A stretch of 63,997 nucleotides of DNA, the filler included, from Octopus bimaculoides (taxonomy: Eukaryota), in the NCBI RefSeq assembly GCF_001194135.2. It is 8 parts of 6 records of this genome, joined end to end, with 100 filler letters (N's around TTAATTAATTAA, not from the genome) between each part and the next. Parts side by side here need not be neighbours in the genome. Positions count along the whole stretch, not along the records: positions 1 to 14,879 come from NC_068989.1; 7 more parts are not named here. One strand, 5' to 3'. How positions within the stretch are numbered: position 1 is the first letter of the stretch; every line of letters starts with the position of its first letter. Positions 1 through 11,720 of this stretch are shown here, piece after piece. The notes beneath the pieces are model-generated. The model was not told the origin of the DNA. It saw nothing but the letters and a program-made list of their open reading frames with translations, and searched no databases. The position numbers and the translations under genes were made by a program.

Positions 1-107
1 ATATATATAGATACATACATGTCTATATATATATATACATATATATATATACATACATGTCTATATATATATATACATATATATATATACATATATATGT
101 ACATACA

Positions 108-141
<34 letters not shown>

Positions 142-1342
142 CAGACACACATATACATACACACACACACACACACATACATACATACATACATACATAC
201 ATGCATGCATATATTACATTGCTAATTAAGTTTTATTGTTACTTACAATCCAGTGTGTTGAGGGAGGCAAGTAGCAGTGTGGTGTGCATATGTGCATTGC
301 TGCGTGAATAATGTGTTGCAATCAATGTGAAATACAGTTCAAATGTGACTGCAACAAACTATTGTTAGAGCCACAAGAGACTTCCTGTTTTAGTTTTGTT
401 GTATTCTTGTAGGAAATTCTGGAAATGGTGCTGGTTTGGTGTTGGTGGTCATTTGTTGGATGTTGGTGTAATGTTTTTTTTTTTTTGAAACTTAAAGCCA
501 GTGCTGGTGAATTTAAATGTTGGATGAGATGAAGTGATGTGATGTGATGATTGCATGTGGGATATATGAATCCAGTTAAGTAGAATGATGATGATGACAG
601 CACAGCAAGGAGAAAAGATTTGGAGACTGTAGAAAATAATCGTGAATATTGGTTTGAGTAGTGCCATAGTGATGGAGTGGTAGGTTGTAGGCATATGATG
701 TTTTGTTTGATAAAGGGGTAGGGAAGGAGATGGTGGTGGTGTGAAGAAAATTGGTCTGCATCAATTCAAAAGAATCAAGAGAGAGGGGAAAAAAGATGGT
801 GTGAAGAAGGATGGCTGCAGCAGGGCAGGGTGTAAGAGACACTTGCCTAGAGTGGGGCAGTTACAATGGGAAAACAGGAAGCAGAAGAAGAGTAGGAAAT
901 CAAGATAAAATGAATCTGGTAAAGTAGAGGAAATAGAGAAGAAAGCTATTGGTATAAGCACAGTGGGTTGTTTGAGGAAAATATAGAAAGGAGGTGGTTG
1001 GGAAGTGAATTTGGCTGAAGCTTCATGGATGTTATATAGATTTTGATCAATGTCTGGAAACCAGGGGGAAAAAAAAAAGAATAAAACAGAGAGAAAAATC
1101 AGAATGTTGTGGAGAATCCTTTTAAGTTTAAGATTTCAAAACAGTATATTGGTAGCTGTTTGCTTTTAGTGTTGGCTTACACCCCTACCTACACCCAACT
1201 CAAACTTCTTTGGTCCCTTGCTTCTGTGGTTATATTTTTAACTATATGAAACTCTTTATAAACTATTCCCCCTCCTTTACCTTTCTTTCATATGTTTGAA
1301 AGACACATATGAATGCATTGGTGTGGATGTGTACAGCCCCTA

Positions 1343-1377
<35 letters not shown>

Positions 1378-1560
1378 NNNNNNNNNNACACGTTTTATGA
1401 CTTCAGTTATCTCTATTCATACATACACTTGCAATAATTCTATGTTCTATATTGCATACATACAAACACTCACTCAATCATACATACATACATATTTTAC
1501 ATTTGGTTTTACAAACATCAAAGCATCAACAAAATAGCCAGATAATACTGAAAAAAACCC

Positions 1561-1597
<37 letters not shown>

Positions 1598-2517
1598 TAT
1601 ATTTACAAACTGAGTTCTTTATCATCACAACAGATATTCATACGGCTTTACTTGAAGAAACTAAAGTAAGAACCACACTTAAAACCCAACAATTTGCAGG
1701 TGTTATTATCATGATGCAAAAGAACCTAAATATTATGAAATAAATACATGTCAGTGTATTAAGAAATTGTTAATACACAACAAAATCCATATAACTGAAA
1801 TAGAAAGTAGCCAAACAAACCACTAGTTTACGGTTCAATCTTTGTATTTTTATACATTTATTTTTAAAGCTTAGTCATAGAAAGAAACAGAACTCATGAC
1901 AATTTTTGCAATGTCTAATGGTGGAAAGAGGGAAAGAAACCAAACATCCGGTTCATATAATGCAGTAAAGGCACCCAATGTTTAGGTGATGGTGTTAAAT
2001 TGGGTTAAAACAGTGCAATCTTTTGAAATAGCGGTGTTAAACTAGGTGATAACAGAGTGGACCAGCAAAAGGCACCCAAGAGCTAGGTGATCTTGTGAAA
2101 CTGGGTAATGGAGTTGGTCTATTACCTAATGATCTGGCACAATGTACTTTTAAAAGAAAATTTACAATTAGAATTCGCTAAATCATTCTTACCTGAGATT
2201 TGTCACAAAGATATGTAATTAAAAACAATCAAGTACTTGAAGTTAACTATAATTAAGGGTTTAATTGTGAGGACTGAAAAAGAAGACTGCTTGCTGTTTC
2301 TGTTTATGTAAATGTTTGAGCTTCTAATATTGTTAGGAATTGTTATCATAAGTGAGTTTTTATAATAACGACTGTTTGTGTATTGAATGTTGTTAACGTT
2401 GCTAAAAAAATGTCATTCATATCTGTTGACCAAGGAAATAAGGAAAGGATCTCAAAGGTGATTTTAGTGCTATAGTTGTTCCATACAGTTTATCTGAAAA
2501 TTATTTCAGTATAGACT

Positions 2518-2980
2518 CAGGTAATAGCTACATGGTTAAGAAGCTTGCTTTCCAACCATATGGTTTGGGGTTGAGTTACACTTCATGACATGTATTTCTA
2601 TTATAGCTTTAGTTCTATCAAAGCCTTGTGAGACAGTTTAGTAGGTGTAAAGTGAAAGAAGTCTGTCATATGTATGTATGTATGTGTGTGCATGCGTGTG
2701 TGCGTGCGTGCGTGTGTGTGTGTGCGTGCGTGTGTGTGTACTCTTGACTTGTTATGGTTGTAAATGAGCATCACTGTTATACAAGTGATGTTGTTCTTTC
2801 CCTGTCTTCTGTGAAAAACTTGTCTGGCCATTGGAGAAATATTAGCTTGCTTGGAAGCAGGAAAGGGTTGGTGATAAAAAGGGAATCTGGTCATACTAAA
2901 AATCTGCCTCAGGGAATTCCATATGACCCATGCAAGCATGGAAAAGTGGCCACTGAAGTAATGGCGATAATGATGATGAT
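2518..2980 (+). mobile_element. tRNA-derived CORE-type SINE, full length: head, internal (TA/TG)n and RTE-like 3' tail
   Basis: The head (tggttaagaagcttgctttccaacc) and body (aaagccttgtgag...gaaagaagtctgtc) match copies at 28188 and 47456. A microsatellite follows at about 2670-2740, then a tail ending acccatgcaagcatggaaaagtgg...(ATG)n, which resembles the RTE 3' end at 49910-49960. Confidence 0.7.
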
Positions 2981-3912
2981 AACGGTGATATTTCCTTGAT
3001 ATGAAATTGACAGAGGATATGCTATATCATATAAGATTTCAATTCAGAATAATAAACATTTCAAGAGGCTGACTAATTATCCCCTATATGGTTTATAACA
3101 AATCTGTCTCATTAAATGGCACTCCAGCAATAACAAAATACAGAGTTTCAGAACATAATTAGTAATAGAAACAATAAATGATAATAACAATTAGCATAAA
3201 CTATAAATTAAATTATCAATCATCTATGCTCTGCCATTGTGCATCTATTTCTACCATTTCTGTTCTTTATTATCTGATCTAGACAGAAAATTAAGATAGT
3301 CTTATATATTACAAGTAAGGACACATAAAGTAGGCATGGTTGTGTGATTAACAAGTTTACTTCACAACCATATTTATTCAGGTTAAATTCCGCTGTATGG
3401 TGCCTTGACCAAATAATGTTTATTATAGCACAGACCATGTGAATAAATTTAGTTGGTGAAAATTGAAAGAAGCATATTATACATACATACATACATACAT
3501 ACATGTACATAGTCTAAGCCATTTAAGAGTCCTTAAGTTGGAAAAAAGTGCATTTGTATATCTGTCAGTAGAGTTATTAATCGAAGTGTCCAGTATTATA
3601 TATCCATTACAGCTAATCTTACCAATCATTTTTTTCACTAGGGGTTCAATGGAATGTTAGGTCTCAGTTTGATTATGTAACCCTGTGCTCTTCAATTGTA
3701 GTCGTTGGCAACTGCAGAACTGACTGATAAGATTGGCTGTAATGTATATATAATACTGTACACTTCAATTAGTATATACGCACACAGATATGTGTGTGTG
3801 TGTATACATTCCAGTTTCACTTTACTGAGAGGAAGCATCAGTATATCATGAAATTCCAGAGTAATGAGCCACTGGACTGGCTTAAATAATATATATATAT
3901 ATATATACATAC

Positions 3913-3945
<33 letters not shown>

Positions 3946-3950
3946 TTTGT

Positions 3951-4187
3951 TCATCATCATCACTTAGTGTTCACTTTTGCATGCTTGCATGGGTCAGATG
4001 GAATTTGTTGAGACAGATTTTCTATGGATGATGCCCTTCCTGTAAACTACTCTTACTCACCAAGTTGATAGTTTCTCATAGCTGGCCATGTTTTTCACAG
4101 AATACTGGAAACGAACAACCACACTTTTATTCCTGATGCTCATTTATACCCTTCATATGATGTTGAGACAGACAGACAGGCAGACAA

Positions 4188-4236
<49 letters not shown>

Positions 4237-4335
4237 GTGCGCTTCTTTTCGGTTTCTATCTACCAGATTCCTTTGTAAAGCCTCAATGGGCCCAAGGCTG
4301 TTGTAGAAACATTCATGCAAGGGACCATGCAGTGA
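3951..4335 (-). mobile_element. CORE-type SINE body, microsatellite and RTE-like tail (head replaced)
   Basis: The reverse complement of 4234-4335 aligns to the CORE body at 28220-28340. (CA)n follows at 4189-4233, then a tail homologous to 2750-2980 ending in (CAT)n at 3951. Confidence 0.65.
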
Positions 4336-4628
4336 CTGAGCACTCCATAGACACGTGTACCCTTAACGTAGTTCTCGGGGATATTTAGCGTGACACAGTG
4401 TGACAAGGCTCACCCTTTGAATTACAGGCACAACAGAAACAGGAAGTAAGAGTGAGAGAAAGTTGTGGTGAAAGAGTACAGCAGGGTTTGGCACTATCCC
4501 TTGCCAAAGCCTCTTGGAGCTTTAGGTGTCTTCGCTCAATAAACACTTACAACGCCCGGTCTGCGAATTGAAACCGCGATCCTATGACTGTGAGTCCGCT
4601 GCCCTAACCACTGAGCCATTGCACCTCC
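4329..4628 (-). mobile_element. tRNA-derived SINE (second family), 5' 300 bp
   Basis: The minus strand starts GGAGGTGCAATGGCTCAGTGGTTAGGGCAGCGG (A box) and has GGTTTCAATTC (B box-like). Its 3' part, aagggtacacgtgtctatggagtgctcag, is shared with the copy at 60475-60770. Confidence 0.85.
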
Positions 4629-5034
4629 CCCCACACACATACAGATCCAAGGATCAAGGTGTAGGAAGGAAGTTAGCTTCAAGCAAACCGTAGCAAATAT
4701 AAAAATCAACTTTCAGCGACAGTAGTAGTTTATTGAGGTGGAAGGTTGTGGATATTTTTTCTTAACGAAGTATGATAAATTGAAAAAGTTCTTTTTATAT
4801 TTCATGGTAGGTAAATAAGAATGCAAGAGTTAAGGAATGGAGTACATAAGATCCGGGCTACATATTCTTCATAATGAGCGGGTCTTCACTACTCTTCAGG
4901 CCAAGGGTATCTACATCAATCAAGATATCCTTGGCCTGTTGTATACACCTCACTTGGATATTTACTACTTCCGAGGTTCCGCTTACTATAAAACATATAT
5001 AGCTGGGATCTTATCTACTTCATTCCTTAACTCT

Positions 5035-5070
<36 letters not shown>

Positions 5071-5252
5071 TGTGTGTTTATTTACATTTGAGTTCTATAC
5101 AGTTGGTGTTGTCACTTCTGTCCACAAAAACATCTGTTTGTTTTGCACATTCAAAGATATGTGAAATAAAAGATCCCTTACTTGGAAAACAAGTAATGGG
5201 GTTAGCAAGAAGAAGGGAATCTTGATGTAAAACAATGTCTTAACAATATATA

Positions 5253-6716
5253 CAGGGGTTGGACAAAATAATAGAAACACCTAGCATCATAGCGTCATAA
5301 TATCTAAATATGTATAAAACCATCAAAAGCTTGTTTATTTTTATGTTTTTTGATTTATTGTTAGTGTTGCTTAATAAGTTTTGCTAAAATTGCTATTTCA
5401 TTTCAGATATCATCAGAAAAAGGTAATTAAAATTCATTAAAATGACAGATCTATTGGACTTTCAAAGAGGTCAAATTGTTGGTGCTCGTATGGCAGGCAC
5501 TAGCATAATGAAAACAGCCGAAATGTTTGGTGTATCAAGAAGTACTGTCTCGAAAGTAATGACAGCCTTTGAGAAAGAGGGAAAAACCTCCTCGCTAAAA
5601 CAAAACTCTGGAAAAATACCAAAACTTTCAGATAGGGACTGTCCAACTCTTACGTGAATTGTTAGAAAGGATCACTAATGTACACCTTCCAAAATTACTG
5701 CAGAGCTTAATGACCACCTCGAGAACCCAGTTTCCACGAAAACTGTTCGCTTGGAGCTGTACAAAGCTGAATTTCATGGGAGGGCTGCAATCAGAAAACC
5801 ACTACTTTCAAAAGAAATATTGCAAAGCATTTAAAGTGGAGTAAAAACCTACAGAATTGGTCCCTAGAGCAGTGGAAGAATGTTATTTTCTCGGATGAGT
5901 CATCCTTTACCTTATTTCTGACCACTGGCTAAGTATACGTGTGGAAACAGCCAAAAAAAGCATTTGACCCAGACTGCCTTCTTCCAACTGTTAAATATGG
6001 AGGATGATCTGTAACGCTGGGCGTGGGGTGGGGGGCTATATCTTGGAAATCCCCCAGCCCAATGGTTTCCCTTCATGGNNNNNNNNNNCCTTTACCTTAT
6101 TTCTGACCACTGGCTAAGTATACGTGTGGAAACAGCCAAAAAAAGCATTTGACCCAGACTGCCTTCTTCCAACTGTTAAATATGGAGGATGATCTGTAAC
6201 GCTGGGCGTGGGGTGGGGGGCTATATCTTGGAAATCCCCCAGCCCAATGGTTTCCCTTCATGGCAGAATTAAGAGTCAAGACTATTTAGGCATTTTATCT
6301 GATCAAATTCATCCTATGGTTGTGGAACTGTTTCTGGAGGGAAACACAGTCTTTCAGGATGATAATGCACCAATTCACACAGCTAGAGTTGTTCCTGAAT
6401 GGCACAAGGAACATTCTAGTGAAGTTGAACATCTTATCTGGCCACCACAGTCCCCATATCTCAATATTATTGGACATTTATGGTGGATTTTAGAAAAAAA
6501 GTAAGGAGTTGAAATCCTCCACCATCATCACTACAAGAACTGGAGACTGTTTTAGCTGAAGAACGGACAAAATTCCTTTGGAAACAATTCAAACTTTTTA
6601 TGAGTCCCTACCTCATAGAATTCAAGCTGTAATTACTACCAAAGGCAATCCTACCCCATTTTAAAATGTATTTGTTCGAAATTTTAAGGTGTTTCCATTA
6701 TTTTGTTCAACCCTTG
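5253..6716 (+). mobile_element. Tc1-family DNA transposon with both TIRs; transposase pseudogene (DD36E spacing)
   Basis: 30-bp TIRs (CAGGGGTTGGACAAAATAATAGAAACACCT and reverse complement CAAGGGTTGAACAAAATAATGGAAACACCT, 3 mismatches) with TA on both flanks. ATG 5442 begins the HTH region MTDLLDFQRGQIVGAR. Motifs VIFSDES, FQDDNAPIH and WPPQSPYLNIIG are present with stops and frameshifts; the ORF ends near 6664. Confidence 0.95.
5904..6263. other. Assembly artefact: identical 175-bp sequence on both sides of a 10-N gap
   Basis: 5904-6078 equals 6089-6263, separated by N at 6079-6088. This is the typical pattern of unmerged overlapping contig ends. Confidence 0.85.
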
Positions 6717-6789
6717 TATATCTAACCCTTACTAGCATGGAAAAATGGATGTGGATATAAAATGAATGATCATAGTGTCATTAATTTCA

Positions 6790-7250
6790 TCTTTAGCCTT
6801 TACATTGATGGCTGTATTAGTGTCACGTCATCCCTTGGAGAACAACACACCTATTTATTGATGTTCATTTCTGACCTGAACCAGAATCCATCTCTACCAT
6901 TTTTAACTTCCTCAATGTTTCTGAACCTGTTGATACCTTCTACATCTCTTTGTGTCAGTTGGAGAGAAACCTACCCTCACTCTTTCATTTTACTTCCCAT
7001 TTAGACCAAATCTCACAATTTCTCGTGCTCATCATTTCCATGTCAAAATAAAATGCTTCTTTCTTATAGTTATTCCAACCTATTCTGGATGTTGCCCTAC
7101 ACTGAGCTCAATCTATTTACTGCCATGCTATGCACTCTTTCTCCTAGAGTCTGGTATTTCTTTCCACCTCAACTTTCAGCATTCTGCCGGACCCATTCAG
7201 CACATTTCTCTTTGCAACTTCTGTTTTCTTTGACCCTGCTGGAGCTCCCT
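6790..7250 (+). mobile_element. Highly degraded Penelope-like RT fragment
   Basis: YIDGCISVTSS resembles YIDDC; FISDLN, FLNL and EKPT resemble the PLE RT palm and thumb motifs FLDL and KPT. Many disruptions. Confidence 0.4.
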
Positions 7251-8889
7251 ACTTCTCTCCTTGAAGAGGGTTAAAAATTTATTTCTCTCTCTCTCTTCAG
7301 GAAAGGCCTAGTCTCTTAACAGCCTAGCACATTCGTATTCATGCCTTACTAGTCCCTTCTCTAATAACAGGTCTCAATCTGCAAGCATTCAGATTATTCT
7401 GTCAAATATAATGCTTATTTATTCACATTGCTTTCAATTAATCATGCATTATCTAGTATCTTTGAGAGTTTGATGATGTGATTGTATATTTCTAGAATGA
7501 TATTGTAGGGCAAGTGGGAGAGGCTGGATCTGGCCAGTTTGAACCTAAACAGATAGAATATTTAGGGTTAAAGTGGTCACTTAATTTTCTAAAAATAGCA
7601 ACAAAATCTCCTTCAAATCAAACCTTACCATCTTACCATCAAGGCATATTGGATAATGTAGTCCAGAATAAATTGTTTTGGTAAAAAGAACAGGATGGTC
7701 TTGGCTTGAATGATCATAAGTATAATCATTTGTCTAACCTGTGGTTAAATAAAGACATAAAACTGTCTTAATTTTCCAGTGTAATACCAAATAAAGAGTA
7801 CAGAAATGGTAGAACAGAAATACAAAGGCAGAACATGTATGCTTGATAATTTAATTTATGAACAATGACATAGGTTCCAAGCTCTATACTGCATTCTATA
7901 CAGGTGAAATGCGTCACTGATTAGGTGTTCTCAAACTTGTTATCTGACATGTTGCTTCATCTGGTCATGTCTGTGAACAACCCCCAGTCTGCACACACAA
8001 CAGACACGTAAGCATGTGCACATGCATATGTAAATGCATGATATATGAGTGTGTATATGTTCTGGCACAGGCATTGTCATGTGGTTAGGTTTAGTTTGTA
8101 ATCAGGTTTCAGTCTGATCCCAGTGAGTGACATCTTGTGCAACTGCTTCAGGCTGGCCTTGTTTTCAGTATGAAATTAAACAGACAGAAATATGTGTGGC
8201 AGTCTTTTGATGGGACATGCAATATCCAGGCTTGTCACACACAGTATCAAGCTGATTCTTTCTGAGAATTCTTTTAAAGGTACAAATGTTTATGGAATAT
8301 TCATTTACTTATACAGGAATTCAAGGAATAAGATATTCCAGTTGAGTGAAACAAGTGGGACACTGAATACTTGTCACTGAAAGTGGTGGAGATCCATTTA
8401 CCGATACATAATATTATAATTCTATTAGCTGAAAGTTTATCATATCACATTACACAGATATGAAATCACTCCACATGCACACATACACATCAGTACACAC
8501 ATACATACACAGATACGCATCAGAAAACAGAGCACTCGACTATTCACAGCCCATGAGTAATAATATTTGCATCAGTTCCTAGATTTTTGTTAAGCATGAA
8601 TATTGCTGCACCCCCACTCACCTGTTTTTATCATAGATATCCACTGAACTGAAACATGGACACTACTTCCTCCAAAACTCTTCATTGCTAAACTGATCAT
8701 CTACACACACCACCACCACCACCACCAAATATAAAATGGTATAAGTGTGTATGAGTGTGCATGTCTATGTATACATATAAATCTCCATATGTGTGTGTGT
8801 ACATATGTTTATATATGTATATAAATATATATGTATATAGATATATAAATGTATACATGTGTGTGTGTTCATATCTATAAGTACATATA

Positions 8890-8921
<32 letters not shown>

Positions 8922-9363
8922 CACTCACATATATGTACATATATGTATATACACATATTTACATGTATATAAACAAATACATATATGTACACATATAAAT
9001 ATAAATATATGTGGTAGAAATTAAGTGCGCAAGTAGATGTACAACTTGCACTGTTATGCTTAGAGCTTCTGTAGATGTTCATTATCCAGTCGTTAATTAA
9101 CCACTATACTGAGTAGTATTACTAGTTATGAGTGTTAGAACAAATGTTTGAAGAAATAAGGATAAAAAGAAGTTTATATTAATGTTCTTACGTGTGTAGA
9201 TTTATATATACAGCTAAATCTATATAACAAATTAAATAGGTGGCTTATTAGCAATTCGATTCTAAAGGCAAAATTAATGGAGGTCACAAAAATTATTGTT
9301 TACACTTTTACCGTTTTGAAAATCAGCACGTTTTCAAAGTTTTCTTCTTTTTTTTTATACAAT

Positions 9364-9487
9364 ACTGACAGAGGTTGTTGAGTTTAACCCTAGGCATTTT
9401 AAAGTCACTGATGAGGATTAAGATGGTCTTTATCAAAATCCGAAATTGCGATCCATGTACACTGGGGACTTACCTCCCTCTGTCAGT
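9364..9487 (+). ncRNA. Hammerhead-ribozyme-like motif (type I, PLE minimal form) inside an enclosing stem
   Basis: CTGATGA at 9408-9414, helix II GGATT/AATCC, GAAA at 9442-9445, palindromic ATTGCGAT helix III and ATC at 9451-9453. An 11-bp perfect outer stem pairs 9364-9374 with 9477-9487. The helix I pairs next to the core are missing. Confidence 0.5.
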
Positions 9488-10109
9488 TATTAAGGTAAGG
9501 TCAGTGCCTTTGTGGCTTTGGAGTTGTTTTTTTAACTCTTATTTTTAGCAAAAGCGGTGCTAGTCAGTACCACCTGTCACTTTTGTGATGTCTATTATAT
9601 GCACACACACACACACACATTATATAAGAAGAGCCGTCCTCCACTGCAGAAATGTTAAGGCCACTCTCTTTTCCTACTACCATGACTTTTGTTTTTATAT
9701 GGTTGAGATAAAGGCCAAGCATATTTGACTCTATATGCATATAAAGAATATTAACAAAGAAGTTAAATGAGAATGTGAGAAAGATAAAAACAATTATATA
9801 TGTACTATGTTAAAAATCTAGAGCAAGAACCAAAATGCAGTAACTTGAAAGTTCTTTACCAACAGGTGAAAGTACTTAAAGGAGAATATACTGCAAAGAC
9901 AGGCAGTATCAAATCACAAGAGAGAATAGTTCTCACCACAGCATAACAAGTAAAGTAACGATGGTTAGAGTACATGATATATATTTATATATTAATGTTA
10001 TTTACTAATGCTTTGACACAGCTGCAAATTAATAATATATGAAAGTCCTACCAAATGTACTCAGTGCCTTTTTCTTTAGTTTGTGCATGTGCATAAGTAT
10101 ATATATATA

Positions 10110-10326
10110 TGAGGGGGTACTAAGAAGTTCGTGACTTTAGGTAAAGGAAAATACAAGAGGATCAGTTAATAATAATTTTATTCAACGTATTCCACTCTAG
10201 GATTCACACACTTATAGCAGCAGTCCTTCAGTTTATCTAAGCTCTGTAAAAGAACTTGGAAGGTTCGGCCACCAACTAGGCTTTTTGTAATACCCCTAAA
10301 GCCAGGAACTTTTCAGCACCCCTTCA
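10110..10326. mobile_element. Mariner-type MITE (about 217 bp)
   Basis: About 31-bp imperfect TIRs (TGAGGGGGTACTAAGAAGTTCGTGACTTTAG versus reverse complement TGAAGGGGTGCTGAAAAGTTCCTGGCTTTAG). TA on the left flank; no ORF. Confidence 0.8.
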
Positions 10327-10572
10327 TGGGTGTAAGATCGTTGCCAGTGCCCCTGGACTGGTTCTTGTGCGGTTGGCACATGAGATGCACCATTTTGAGC
10401 GTGGCCGTTGCCAGTACCGCCTGACTGGCTCCTGTAGGATTTTCGAGCGAGATCGTTGCCAGTGCCCCTGGACTGGCTTGTGCGGGTGGCACATAAAAGA
10501 CACCATTTCGAGCGTGGCCGTTTTCGTGCGGGTGACACGTAAAAGCACCCACTACACTCTCTGAGTGGTTGG
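10327..10572 (+). mobile_element. RTE LINE 3' UTR fragment (tandem hairpin array), truncated by a gap
   Basis: 10451-10572 differs at 2 positions from 49699-49820, which directly follows the RTE ORF end EKTRQAK*. Confidence 0.85.
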
Positions 10573-10730
10573 NNNNNNNNNNNNNNNNNNNNNNNNNNNN
10601 NNNNNNNNNNNNNNNNNNNNNNNNNNNNNNNNNNNNNNNNNNNNNNNNNNNNNNNNNNNNNNNNNNNNNNNNNNNNNNNNNNNNNNNNNNNNNNNNNNNN
10701 NNNNNNNNNNNNNNNNNNNNNNNNNNNNNN

Positions 10731-10759
<29 letters not shown>

Positions 10760-10761
<2 letters not shown>

Positions 10762-11539
10762 AAAATAAGAAAATAATAATAATAAGGCAGAATGCTAAAC
10801 TGAAAGCATATTTTAATATAAATGTGCATAAGGAGGATTAAAAAGGATTGCTAACCAACTTTCATTGCATGGCAAATTTTCAAGAAGTGAGGAAATGCAA
10901 ATAATGTTTTTTACAAAAATATATAAAAAAATAAATATACCCAAACATTATATTGTCTTTGAGGTTTTAAAGTTCAATGGTAATCCATGTAGATAATTGT
11001 TAGATAGATTAGGATGCATGGAATTACGAATCGTGTTGAGCTTAAAAAAGGCTGAGAGTTAATGCGTTAAGCAGAAAGTGTGGTGTCAAAGCAGGAAGTG
11101 TGTCTTGTTTGTCTAAGAACAGACATAAACTTCTTATTGACAAAGAGTCCAGAACTCCAACTAAAGAGTATAAAACCCACAGAATTGTCTTCCCTTATAC
11201 ACACTTCCTGTTTTGATACCACACTTCCTGTTTAACACATAAACTCCCAGCCTTTTTTTTTAAACACATGATTCTTAATTCCATGCATCTTAATCTATCT
11301 AACAATTATCTACATGGATTACCATTGAACTTTAGAAACTCAAAGGCAATATTATGTATTGGTATATTAATTTTTTTATATATTTGTAAAAAACATTATT
11401 TTCATTTCCCCTCTTCTTGAAAATTTGCCATGCAATGAAAGCCGGTTAGAAATCCTTTTTAATCCTCCTTATGCACATCTATATCAAAATATGCTTTCAG
11501 TTTAGCATTCTGCCTTATTATTATTATTTTTTATTTTCC
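10760..11539. mobile_element. Fold-back (long-TIR) element, about 780 bp
   Basis: Arm 10757-11103 is the reverse complement of 11199-11542, with a 95-bp spacer. It is flanked TA|GG...CC|TA, consistent with a TA target site duplication. Confidence 0.85.
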
Positions 11540-11720
11540 TATTATTTCTCCACATGCAGCTAAAGCAACTCCACCATTTACTGACTTATATATATATATA
11601 TATGTATGTATATGAGTGGACAAATGAAAGAAAAGGTCACTCAACACATTTAGTAGGAGTCACATATTTTATTTAAAAAAATTTGCACACAAACTGAAAC
11701 AACCTTTATAATAATATATA

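Noticed and set aside
560-1040. Purine-rich stretch as a minus-strand retroelement RT remnant
   Set aside because: Only vague motif resemblance; no catalytic motif could be read with confidence.
4540-4628. tRNA gene (also the heads at 21833, 40364 and 63713)
   Set aside because: A and B boxes are present, but the sequences continue into multi-copy SINE bodies and lack a complete cloverleaf.
5904-6263. Apparent 175-bp tandem duplication within the Tc1 element
   Set aside because: The copies are identical, flank a 10-N gap and are absent from the second Tc1 copy, indicating a contig overlap artefact.
7384-7570. piggyBac-type MITE (ends ...AGGGTTAA)
   Set aside because: Only the right terminus is visible; there is no matching left TIR or TTAA in the window.
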